A model generated the notes under the pieces. It did no database searches and was not told where the DNA came from. It saw nothing but the letters and a program-made list of their open reading frames with translations. DNA of 7,979 nucleotides from a virus (lineage: Duplodnaviria; Heunggongvirae; Uroviricota; Caudoviricetes), in IMG/VR virus record IMGVR_UViG_2740892230_000037; one strand, written 5' to 3'. Position numbers and translations under genes: made by a program. Positions 1 to 7,012 of this stretch are shown in pieces; the first letter of the stretch is position 1, and each line of letters opens with the position of its first letter.

Positions 1-1020
1 CTACTTGCTAACCACGAGCGGCAAATCCAGTGTTGGTGTGATTTTTGTTTTACGATCGTAAATCAACACCTGATTTTCTGTTTTATGCCCGCTGAAAATT
101 TGTTTGTCGCGACTGCTGCCTTCGTAATCTGAGATCCCCTTGGCTTTTATGTCGTGAAAATTGCACCCGAACGGAACGCCAACTTTTTGCTCGGCTGCGC
201 GTTTAGCCTGATTCCACCAGTTATTCAGCGTTTTAGCTATGACTTTCCCGCCTTTGGTTGTATTGATCACATATTCGCATGTACAGGAAGATACATTTCG
301 GGCTAACTGGATCGCTGTACGTAATCGCGGTGACCATTCCTTGATTTGTTTGGTGCCGGTTTTGTTTTGCTCAATGTAGATCCCTTTATCCATAATATCC
401 TGCCATTTCAACTCAAGCACATCACCGAGTCTTGCCGCACAGAGATAGGAAATCTCCATTGCAATGCGTAACTGTGGAATTGCTTCCGCATATATCGCCG
501 CATACTGTTCATCGGTGATGTAAACAGTGCGGGCTTTAAGAGAGAATTTTCTGACTCCTTTGCATGGGTTATTCTTCACATACCCACGCTCATATCCCCA
601 CCCGTATACTCGACTCAGGCTTGCCAGTTCATGATTTGCCTGGGTCTTGCTCTCAAGCCCTCGTTTATCCATGAAAATTCTTACCTGCTCAGTTTTGACA
701 TTATCAGCAAGCACTTTTCCGAATACCATCAGCAACGCCTTCTGATGTTGTCGATAATCTTTTTGGGTTCGGGGGGCCAGTTCTGTAAATGCAGGGGAGT
801 CCATAAACATGTGCCATAATTTAGCTACGGTCATTATGTTGTGGAGTTTTGCTTTTTCCAGTTCATAATTTTGCCAGACTTTAGCTACGCTGGTTTTCCG
901 CACTCTTCCTAGCCCTATACTTCTTGTACTTCCTTCGGGTTTCCACACGTAACTGTAACCATTCGATCTAACCCGCGGTGGCAGTACATTATCTTTTTTA
1001 TTTTTTCTTGGTCTTCCCAT
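1..1020 (-). CDS. int: Tyrosine site-specific integrase, lambda Int family (complete, 339 aa)
   Basis: Uninterrupted minus-strand ORF with ATG at 1018-1020 and TAG at 1-3. Basic N-terminal segment (MGRPRKNKKDNVLPPRVRSNGYSY) and C-terminal FHDIKAKG...SGHKTENQVLIYDRK tail follow the layout of lambda Int, including a Tyr in the expected catalytic position. Its start is overlapped by the upstream small ORF, as in lambda xis-int. Confidence 0.92.
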   Translation of the reverse strand: MGRPRKNKKDNVLPPRVRSNGYSYVWKPEGSTRSIGLGRVRKTSVAKVWQNYELEKAKLHNIMTVAKLWHMFMDSPAFTELAPRTQKDYRQHQKALLMVFGKVLADNVKTEQVRIFMDKRGLESKTQANHELASLSRVYGWGYERGYVKNNPCKGVRKFSLKARTVYITDEQYAAIYAEAIPQLRIAMEISYLCAARLGDVLELKWQDIMDKGIYIEQNKTGTKQIKEWSPRLRTAIQLARNVSSCTCEYVINTTKGGKVIAKTLNNWWNQAKRAAEQKVGVPFGCNFHDIKAKGISDYEGSSRDKQIFSGHKTENQVLIYDRKTKITPTLDLPLVVSK

Positions 1021-1330
1021 TGTTCAGCGCCTCAAAATCGGGTTCAGCAGAAACCAGTTCAGATGTTTTTGGCATCGTTGTCAGACCGTGTGGAATATCC
1101 CTGCGGAGAACTATGGGTTCGTTTTTAGGGCCGATTACAAATGGGATGCCGTGCAGTCTTAACTNNNNNNNNNNTCCGTGTGGAATATCCCTGCGTAGAA
1201 CTATTGGTTCGTTTTTAGGACCGATTACAAATGGGATGCCGTGCAGTCTTAACTGGTGTTGCTGTTTTGTGTATCGCTCGTATTTCGTGATCTCTTTAAT
1301 CTCTGCTGGAGATAGAGTTAATTCGTACAT
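998..1330 (-). CDS. xis: Excisionase-like small protein; the true product is probably about 80 aa because the ORF crosses gap 1165-1174 and contains a duplicated block
   Basis: ATG at 1328-1330 (MYELTLSPAEIK...) and a lysine-rich C-terminus (NNGKTKKK) that overlaps the int start by 23 nt. Position, size and overlap match lambda-type xis. The 26-aa block LRLHGIPFVIGPKNEPIVLRRDIPHG is encoded twice, on either side of the N run. Confidence 0.55.
   Translation of the reverse strand: MYELTLSPAEIKEITKYERYTKQQHQLRLHGIPFVIGPKNEPIVLRRDIPHGXXXXLRLHGIPFVIGPKNEPIVLRRDIPHGLTTMPKTSELVSAEPDFEALNNGKTKKK
1081..1258. repeat. Two copies of an 84-bp xis segment separated by N10 (1165-1174)
   Basis: 1081-1164 and 1175-1258 align base for base with 3 substitutions, all synonymous in the minus-strand xis frame (ctc/cta, ccc/cca, ggc/ggt). 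Confidence 0.9.
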
Positions 1331-1397
1331 GTGGTCACGTGCCTTTACAGCATGACCGCCGCCACTATAGCTGGTGGGCGGCGATATGGGTTGAACA

Positions 1398-1570
1398 TTA
1401 AAAATCAGCCTGACTCGGGATCAGTTTTTGCCAGATAGCTGAAACGTATTTTGCCTGATAACGGGCGTCATCAAGTGCATTATGGCGCTCACCTTCGAAT
1501 GGGATAGCAGTTCTGGCATCGAAGTCTATGGCTTTCCCCAGCTCAACGATTGTGCGTACATCGCGATCGT
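1398..1570 (-). CDS. DEDDh 3'-5' exonuclease, C-terminal fragment with stop (allele 1)
   Basis: Minus-frame translation DRDVRTIVELGKAIDFDARTAIPFEGERHNALDDARYQAKYVSAIWQKLIPSQADF ending at the stop at 1398-1400. Contains the Exo III motif H-x-A-x-x-D-A (HNALDDA). Truncated upstream by gap 1571-1580. Confidence 0.7.
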
Positions 1571-1580
1571 NNNNNNNNNN

Positions 1581-1843
1581 GCAGTTTTTGCCAGATGGCT
1601 GAAACGTATTTCGCCTGGTAACGTGCATCGTTCAGAGCGTTATGGCGTTCACCTTCGAATGGAATAGTCGTTCTTGCGTCGAAATCCATCACCAGTCCCA
1701 GAGCAACCATCGTTCTTACATCGCGATCATTGGTGTAACGCCACGGGCAGGGGATCCCCTGCCGTTCATATGAACGGCGTAAAATCACGTTGTCGAAAGT
1801 TGCACCGTCACCCCAGACCTGAACAAAAAATTCACCGGAGTTT
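1581..1843 (-). CDS. DEDDh 3'-5' exonuclease, internal to C-terminal fragment (allele 2)
   Basis: In-frame translation NSGEFFVQVWGDGATFDNVILRRSYERQGIPCPWRYTNDRDVRTMVALGLVMDFDARTTIPFEGERHNALNDARYQAKYVSAIWQKL. Carries an Exo II-like FD motif (GATFDNVIL) and Exo III (HNALNDA). Bounded by N runs on both sides. Confidence 0.7.
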
Positions 1844-1853
1844 NNNNNNNNNN

Positions 1854-2192
1854 CTGCGCTTCACGTGATTGCTTCAGCCACCATTTAATGACGTCACGAT
1901 CAATGACTCCGCCAGCAGTATCCAGATCGATGGTCTTGCTAAATTCTGGTCCCATATCTCCGGTTTGCGGATCGAAAAATATTGCGCCTATTGAGATAAT
2001 CGGGGCATCGGGATTTTTTCCCATGGTTTCAAGGTCGATCATCAGATGAATCCCCGCTCTGCTGGTGGATGTGAGCTTATGATGACCATTCACCTTAATT
2101 AAGGGATCTGTCGCCTCGCCAGTTTTATTATCGCTGGCGTGATGCTGATTGCCGCCAGGGTTCTCCTTGTGTGGATGTTCAGCGCCTTCCAT
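1854..2192 (-). CDS. DEDDh 3'-5' exonuclease, N-terminal fragment with His-rich leader (allele A)
   Basis: ATG at 2190-2192; [21 protein letters not shown]...NGHHKLTSTSRAGIHLMIDLETMGKNPDAPIISIGAIFFDPQTGDMGPEFSKTIDLDTAGGVIDRDVIKWWLKQSREAQ. Exo I motif D-x-E (MIDLETMG). Truncated downstream by gap 1844-1853. Confidence 0.7.
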
Positions 2193-2203
2193 TNNNNNNN
2201 NNN

Positions 2204-2527
2204 TTGCGCTTCGCGTGATTGCTTAAGCCACCATTTAATGGTGTCCCGATCAATGACTCCGCCAGCAGTTTCCAGATCGATAGTCTTACTAAATTCCGGT
2301 CCCATATCTCCGGTTTGCGGATCGAAAAATATTGCGCCTATTGAGATAATCGGGGCATCGGGATTTTTTCCCATGGTTTCAAGGTCGATCATCAGATGAA
2401 TCCCCGCTCTGCTGGTGGATGTGAGATTATGATGACCGTTCGCCTTAATTAAGGGATCTGACGCCTCGCCAGTTTCACTATCGCTGGCATGATGCTGATT
2501 GCCGCCAGTGTTCTCCTTGTGCTGATG
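2204..2527 (-). CDS. DEDDh exonuclease N-terminal fragment (allele B, about 95 percent nucleotide identity to 1854-2192)
   Basis: Same frame and motifs (…[99 protein letters not shown]). Bounded by N runs. Confidence 0.65.
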
Positions 2528-2537
2528 NNNNNNNNNN

Positions 2538-2732
2538 GATCGGGGCATCAGGATTTTTTCCCATGGTTTCAAGGTCGATCATTAGATGGTTACACGTCCT
2601 GCTGGTGGATGTGATTTCTTGATGACCGTTCACCTTAATTGAGTGATCTGCCGTCTCGCCAGTTTCATTATCGCTATCGTGATGCTGATTGCCGCCAGTG
2701 TTCTCCTTGTGTGGATGTTCAGCGCCTTCCAT
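2538..2732 (-). CDS. DEDDh exonuclease N-terminal fragment (allele C)
   Basis: ATG at 2730-2732; [65 protein letters not shown]. The 33 nt preceding gap 2734-2743 are identical to the 33 nt preceding gap 2194-2203. Confidence 0.6.
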
Positions 2733-2744
2733 TNNNNNNNNNNC

Positions 2745-2885
2745 ACACGTCCTGCTGGTGGATGTGATAACGTGATGACCGTTCACCGTAATTAAGGGAT
2801 CTGCCGTCTCGCCAGTTTCACTATCGCTGGCGTGATCCTGAGCGCTACCAGCATTCTCCTTGTGTGGATGTTCAGCGCCTTCCAT
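2745..2885 (-). CDS. DEDDh exonuclease N-terminal leader fragment (allele D)
   Basis: ATG at 2883-2885; [47 protein letters not shown]. It is in the same frame as, and 57 nt downstream of, the amber stop of the zinc-ribbon ORF at 2940-2942. Confidence 0.6.
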
Positions 2886-2939
2886 TTCCTTCGGATCATC
2901 TTCCTGAACTTCAACCTGATACTCTTCATCGAATGTTTC

Positions 2940-3085
2940 CTAGTATGTTGCGTCGCCCATCACCGCGCCACAATCAGGGCAGTTGCCGCCGCCGGTCTGA
3001 CCGCAGGCGGTGCAGACTTTTTCCACTTCCTGTTGCGCCACTGGTTCAGGCTGTTTCGTTTCTGGCTCGTTTTGTAACGCATTTG
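2940..3085 (-). CDS. C-terminal end of zinc-ribbon protein (Q/E/P linker plus CxxC-x9-CxxC), ending in TAG
   Basis: In-frame translation ...[47 protein letters not shown] then the TAG stop at 2940-2942. 5' side truncated by gap 3086-3095. Confidence 0.65.
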
Positions 3086-3095
3086 NNNNNNNNNN

Positions 3096-3284
3096 CCATC
3101 GAATATTTCCTGGTATGTTGCGTCACCCATCACCGCACCACAATCAGGGCAGTTGCCGCCACCGCTCTGACCGCAGGCGGTGCAGATCTTTTCCGGTTCC
3201 TGTTGCACTACTGGTTCAGGTTGTTTCGTTTCTGGCTCGTTTTGTTGCGTATTTGGGCTGTTTTGTTCCGCTTTCTGGTCGTTC
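3096..3284 (-). CDS. Zinc-ribbon module, allele with CAG (Gln) in place of the amber stop, reading through toward the exonuclease leader
   Basis: [63 protein letters not shown], with no stop before gap 3086-3095. The CAG codon at 3110-3112 aligns to the TAG at 2940-2942. Confidence 0.6.
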
Positions 3285-3294
3285 NNNNNNNNNN

Positions 3295-3450
3295 AGTTCC
3301 GTTCCGATTCATGCTGGTTCTGGTTTACAGAATCGCGGGTCTGGATCCCCTTAACCCATTTCGGATCATTCGGGTCGCTAATCCCTGCAACAAATTCTCC
3401 GCGAGAGGCAGCAAGCAACTTATCGGCGTCAGGCTGGCTGATATTGGCTG
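3295..3450 (-). CDS. Shared module fragment ([51 protein letters not shown])
   Basis: In-frame minus-strand translation. The same module, with substitutions, sits at the C-terminal end of the 4609-6133 ORF and in 3461-3712. Confidence 0.6.
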
Positions 3451-3460
3451 NNNNNNNNNN

Positions 3461-4405
3461 TCAACAAATTCACCACGTGATACTGCAAGCAGTTCATCGG
3501 CGTCAGGCTGGCTGATATTGGCTGCCTGCATAATTTTCTTTACTTCGTCAGCGGTAACTTTTACCGGTTCTGGTTGTTCAGAATTTTGTGCGGTATTTGC
3601 ATTTTGCGGTAAGCCTGTGTATGTGCCATTTTTTCGGGCAAAATATTCTTCTTTTGTGATTTCAGTAGCCCCGGCAGCCAGCGCCTTATCCAGACCAGAA
3701 AGTTTGTTTGCGNNNNNNNNNNACGTGCGAAGTATTCCTCTTTTGTGATTTCCGTAGCTCCCAGGGCCAGTGCTTTTTCCAGACCAGAAAATTTGTTTGC
3801 GCGACCGTATTTTTCGCCATCCTTGTCGGTGAAGAGGAAGTAGAACGGCCCCTCACGCTCTACAGATGGTTCGACTTCCACTTTGCATTCGGTTTTTTCG
3901 TTGTCCGGAATTGCCGTTTCCACTGCATCAGTTTCTGGTACTGNNNNNNNNNNAGCTTCCGGCGCGGTTTCATTTTTTGGGATATCAGATACCTCAGTTT
4001 CCACTGCATCAGTTTGTGTTTCTGATGACTGGAGAACATCAACAGTGCCCAGGTCTGTTTCTTCATTCTCAAACACGCCCTTTGTCGTCAGGTATTCGCA
4101 GATATATTTGTTCAGTGCTACGGGATCTTTGTGAATGTNNNNNNNNNNTGACGGGAGAGTACCAGCTGTGCCCTGATTTGTTCCTTCGTCATCTTCAAAC
4201 ACGCCCTTGGTAGTCAGGTATTCAGTGATGTATTTGTTCAGTGCTACGGGATCTTTGTGAATGTCGATCGGACGCTCACGGACAAGGCCAAAAATAGTCT
4301 GACGGTCGTAGCGAACGGCATCGGGTTGTTTGCGCATTGATGCGGAAATGCGCTTCCAGTCTTCGCGATCTTTGTCGATAACTTCATTTTTTGCCCAGCG
4401 ATGGA
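3461..4405 (-). CDS. Four gap-separated fragments (3461-3712, 3723-3943, 3954-4138, 4149-4405) of one or more paralogues with a different N-terminal domain joined to the same shared module
   Basis: Translations: (4149-4405) ...HRWAKNEVIDKDREDWKRISASMRKQPDAVRYDRQTIFGLVRERPIDIHKDPVALNKYITEYLTTKGVFEDDEG...; (3954-4138) IHKDPVALNKYICEYLTTKGVFENEETDLG...; (3723-3943) ...VEREGPFYFLFTDKDGEKYGRANKFSGLEKALALGATEITKEEYFAR; (3461-3712) [83 protein letters not shown]. Adjacent fragments overlap as divergent alleles. Confidence 0.55.
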
Positions 4406-4415
4406 NNNNNNNNNN

Positions 4416-4598
4416 CTTTTTCCGGTTCCTGTTGCGCTACTGGCTCAGGTTGTTTCGTTTCTGGCTCGTTTTGTAACGCATTTGGGCTGTTTTGTTCCGC
4501 TTTCTGGCTGTTTTGTTCCGCTTTCTGGCCGTTCTGTTCCGTTTCTTGCTGGTTCTGATTCACTGAATCGCGGGTTTCAATCCCCTTCACCCATTTCG
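4416..4598 (-). CDS. Linker fragment of the shared module, containing a 21-bp tandem repeat
   Basis: [60 protein letters not shown], bounded by gaps on both sides. Confidence 0.55.
4464..4548. repeat. 21-bp tandem repeat (unit gctgttttgttccgctttctg, 2 perfect plus 2 degenerate copies) encoding QKAEQNS heptads
   Basis: Perfect units at 4486-4506 and 4507-4527, degenerate units on either side. Further copies of the unit lie at 3256-3276 and near 3061-3085, next to gaps. Confidence 0.85.
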
Positions 4599-4608
4599 NN
4601 NNNNNNNN

Positions 4609-6133
4609 CGTTCCGTTCCGATTCATGCTGGTTCTGGTTCACAGAATCGCGAGTCTGGATCCCCTTGACCCATTTCGGATCATTAGGGTCGCTAATCCCC
4701 TCAACAAATTCACCACGCGATACAGCAAGTAACTTATCGGCGTCAGGCTGGCTGATATTGGCTGCCTGCATAATTTTGTTTACTTCGTCAGCGGTGACTT
4801 TTACTTGGTTAGCGGAACTCACTTGCGACTGAGCATCCAGCGACTGCGCGTTCTGGCCATGTTCAGTTGTATCCGGTTCCATTGTTTCAGTTGTTGCCTG
4901 TTCACCTGCCATTGCGTCAGATGGTTGTGGTTTTTCTTCTTCTGTTTCACGCTCAGTAACCACCTCGCGGTTAATTTCTTCCAGGATATCTTTTTCCGGC
5001 GTATGCCGGGCAGCTGTGAGAGTTTCCTTGCTGGGGTTCTCGTGATCAGTTTCCGTCAAATAGGCGTTGATATACCCCTGAAGGCGTCCCGGGTAGTGAT
5101 AAAATTCAGGGTGTGCGCTTCGGATAAGTGCAAAAATAGCGGCGCGGGAATAGTCCAGAATACCCGGGGTTGCACGAAGTGCTGCGGACCATTCTTTGAA
5201 CGGACTTTCTTTGTTCAGGACTACTTCTTTTGCGCGACGATAAACGCTGCCCGGAATTTCATAAATATTAAAATCCATCGGAAGTGTGGCTGCTGCAATC
5301 TCCACATCCAGTGTGTCGAGGGTGTGTACTAAATTCGGATTGCGATCGGTTTTGTTCCCACCGCCAGCATTAGCACCGGAAGCCGTGCGGGTGATGCGTG
5401 AAACACGATTTCCTTTCATCCACTCTTTTGTCAGCAGACCCCGATCAGTGTAGTCAGTGTCCAGGTATGCTTCGAAAAAAGCAGTTATTAGTCCCAGGTC
5501 TGAATTACCAGGATTAGGGAAAACTTTGTCAGTGTCACGAACCAGTTTGTGGAGGTCGCGAATCTCCAGCGAGTCGAGCAGACTGGTTTTATGCGAAATA
5601 GCCAGGGCAGTAACAGCCGGTAGTTCTTCAGCCCGTGCAATGTGTAATGCCTGGAGTTCGTCGCGTGAAACGTGCGTTACTGATTTTTCGCTGCCGTGTT
5701 GAGCAAGCCAACGAATGGGCAGTTCCTGACCGGAGACAGGCAGAAGCATGCTCTCCTCAATCTCAGTCATGTCTTCGCCGTTGATGTTGGTATTGTCAGT
5801 GCTGGCTGGTTTGTCCTGAACAGAGGGGGAAGGGCCGATAAATGTCATTGTGATGCCATCTTTCCCGCCTTTTTCATAGCGGTTGCAGAATTCAGTATCA
5901 AACACGCCTTCTGGCGGAAGGTCGTCAACAACGGGCAAATTGACGCGGACGGGTTTTTTAAAGTCGTCTTCATCATAATCGTTGTCATCCATTGCGGTAA
6001 TGCAGCGGGAGATTGCAACAGATAATTTTTTTGCTGTAGTCCAGTAAAAACCACCTTTAATTCCTAGGCGTTTTCTTACTTTGTCATTTTTTGCTTCGCA
6101 ATATAGTGCAAATTCTTCTTTATCAGTGCTCAT
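4609..6133 (-). CDS. Large early-left protein, N-terminal 508 aa (5' complete, 3' cut by gap 4599-4608); tentatively RecE-N-terminal-like, possibly an intact counterpart of Qin-prophage ydfE
   Basis: ATG at 6131-6133 with a GAGG about 10 nt upstream; long protein-like ORF with an acidic TE-rich region. It ends in ...[56 protein letters not shown], the module that elsewhere continues into linker and zinc ribbon. The resemblance of its central region to the RecE N-terminal half is from memory only. Confidence 0.8.
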
Positions 6134-6226
6134 TATTGGTAAACCTCATCACAGATTTAAGGGTGAACAAATCTCTGCCATTGCTGACATATAAGAATGA
6201 AACTGGATATTTATTACGGTGCTGTT

Positions 6227-6418
6227 TTAAAATCCTGCCGGGATTTCGTTATTATCCTGGTGAATAACTTTATCGACCGGGTAACAGTTACCGGGAATTT
6301 TCTGTTCGGTTGCTGCAGTCACACACTCCTGCATTGTCCTGTGAACACTGACTGCAATATCAACTGGCTCTCCGGAAACAAGAAAAACTGTCAGAACAAG
6401 TGCAAATGCTGTATTCAT
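6227..6418 (-). CDS. ydfD: YdfD-like small lysis protein with a hydrophobic N-terminus (63 aa)
   Basis: ATG at 6416-6418 overlaps the dicB stop as ATGA; MNTAFALVLTVFLVSGEPVDIAVSVHRTMQECVTAATEQKIPGNCYPVDKVIHQDNNEIPAGF. It sits immediately downstream of dicB, as in the Qin prophage of E. coli K-12. Confidence 0.7.
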   Translation of the reverse strand: MNTAFALVLTVFLVSGEPVDIAVSVHRTMQECVTAATEQKIPGNCYPVDKVIHQDNNEIPAGF

Positions 6419-6569
6419 TGCCAGCATCCTTTTTGTATCGGACGTAAACGGGCCAGCATTGAAAGAATGCATATTTTATTTAATAGCTCCCGTTCGTGTT
6501 TTCTCTTGTTAATGGCATCTTCAGTAAATACAGGGTTACTGATAGTGACACCAATTTCAAAACAACCTT
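6415..6569 (-). CDS. dicB: dicB allele 1, C-terminal fragment (5' cut by gap 6570-6579)
   Basis: ...GCFEIGVTISNPVFTEDAINKRKHERELLNKICILSMLARLRPIQKGCWQ with stop at 6415-6417. About 90 percent nucleotide identity to 6606-6760. Confidence 0.7.
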
Positions 6570-6605
6570 NNNNNNNNNNCGTCAGAATAAGTGCAAATAC
6601 TGGAT

Positions 6606-6794
6606 TCATTGTGCACATCCTTTTGGCATCAGACGTAAACGGGCCAGCATTGAAACAATGCATACTTTATTTAATAACTCCCGTTCGTGTTTTCTTTTGT
6701 TAATGGCATCTTCAGTAAATACAGGATTACTGATAGTGACACCAATTTCAAAACAACCTTCAGACGTATTAACGTTTGGTAATAACGTTTCCAT
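6606..6794 (-). CDS. dicB: DicB cell-division inhibitor (complete, 62 aa)
   Basis: ATG at 6792-6794 with GAGGA 7 nt upstream; METLLPNVNTSEGCFEIGVTISNPVFTEDAINKRKHERELLNKVCIVSMLARLRLMPKGCAQ. The stop overlaps the ATG of a second ydfD allele (6580-6609, cut by the gap). DicF lies 180 nt upstream on the same strand. Confidence 0.8.
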   Translation of the reverse strand: METLLPNVNTSEGCFEIGVTISNPVFTEDAINKRKHERELLNKVCIVSMLARLRLMPKGCAQ

Positions 6795-6812
6795 TATCGC
6801 GTCCTCAACAAT

Positions 6813-6964
6813 GAATTTTGTGATGCGGTGCCTGGTGCCTCCAGGTGACGTTAACCAGTTAACAATTAACGCCGGATACAGAGCATTCCCGTTACGCCCG
6901 TAAAAGACCGCTTGTTTTAACTGTTCCGCGTGCGCTTAGCCGCATTCACCGCATCACAAAATTC
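6813..6964 (-). promoter_or_regulatory. Perfect 18-bp inverted repeat (6813-6830 and 6947-6964) bracketing the dicF-dicB spacer; candidate long-range RNA duplex and RNase III site
   Basis: Plus 6813-6830 gaattttgtgatgcggtg is the exact reverse complement of plus 6947-6964 caccgcatcacaaaattc. One arm is just 3' of the DicF terminator, the other about 20 nt upstream of the dicB start. Confidence 0.5.
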
Positions 6965-6969
6965 ACTTT

Positions 6970-7012
6970 AAAAAGGGCGGCAGAGCAGTCACGGAGTAAA
7001 ACTGATACCGCC
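6970..7012 (-). terminator. Intrinsic terminator forming the DicF 3' end
   Basis: GC-rich stem (GGCGGUA...UGCCGCC) followed by five U on the minus-strand transcript (A run at plus 6970-6974). Confidence 0.65.

Noticed and set aside
1-60. attachment site or tRNA gene next to int
   Set aside because: The window starts exactly at the int stop codon, so any att core or tRNA target lies outside it. Nothing in 1-60 supports a call.
2099-2572. Six-frame ORFs that cross N runs (for example 2099-2572, 2478-2885, 2960-3418, 3561-4337, 4384-4626)
   Set aside because: Each joins pieces from different contigs or alleles, and frames often switch at the gap, so the proteins as listed are chimeric. I used only the within-segment translations.
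2864-3748. Long plus-strand ORFs (294 aa at 2864-3748; also 3010-3354, 3180-3515, 3866-4213, 4401-4832, 4805-5332)
   Set aside because: All are antisense to well-supported minus-strand coding sequence, cross N runs, and have Arg/Cys/Phe-rich junk-like composition with no ribosome-binding sites.
1081-4700. Regularly spaced repeats separated by short spacers, superficially like a CRISPR array
   Set aside because: The repeated units are 80-340 bp of protein-coding sequence in divergent copies and the spacers are runs of exactly 10 N, so this is a scaffolding pattern and not a CRISPR array.
5845-6054. 69-aa minus-strand ORF inside the large gene
   Set aside because: It is an alternative frame nested within the 4609-6133 coding sequence, with no independent support.
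6197-6903. Plus-strand ORFs 6197-6703 and 6496-6903
   Set aside because: Cys-rich junk-like translations antisense to ydfD and dicB, and they cross the gap at 6570-6579.
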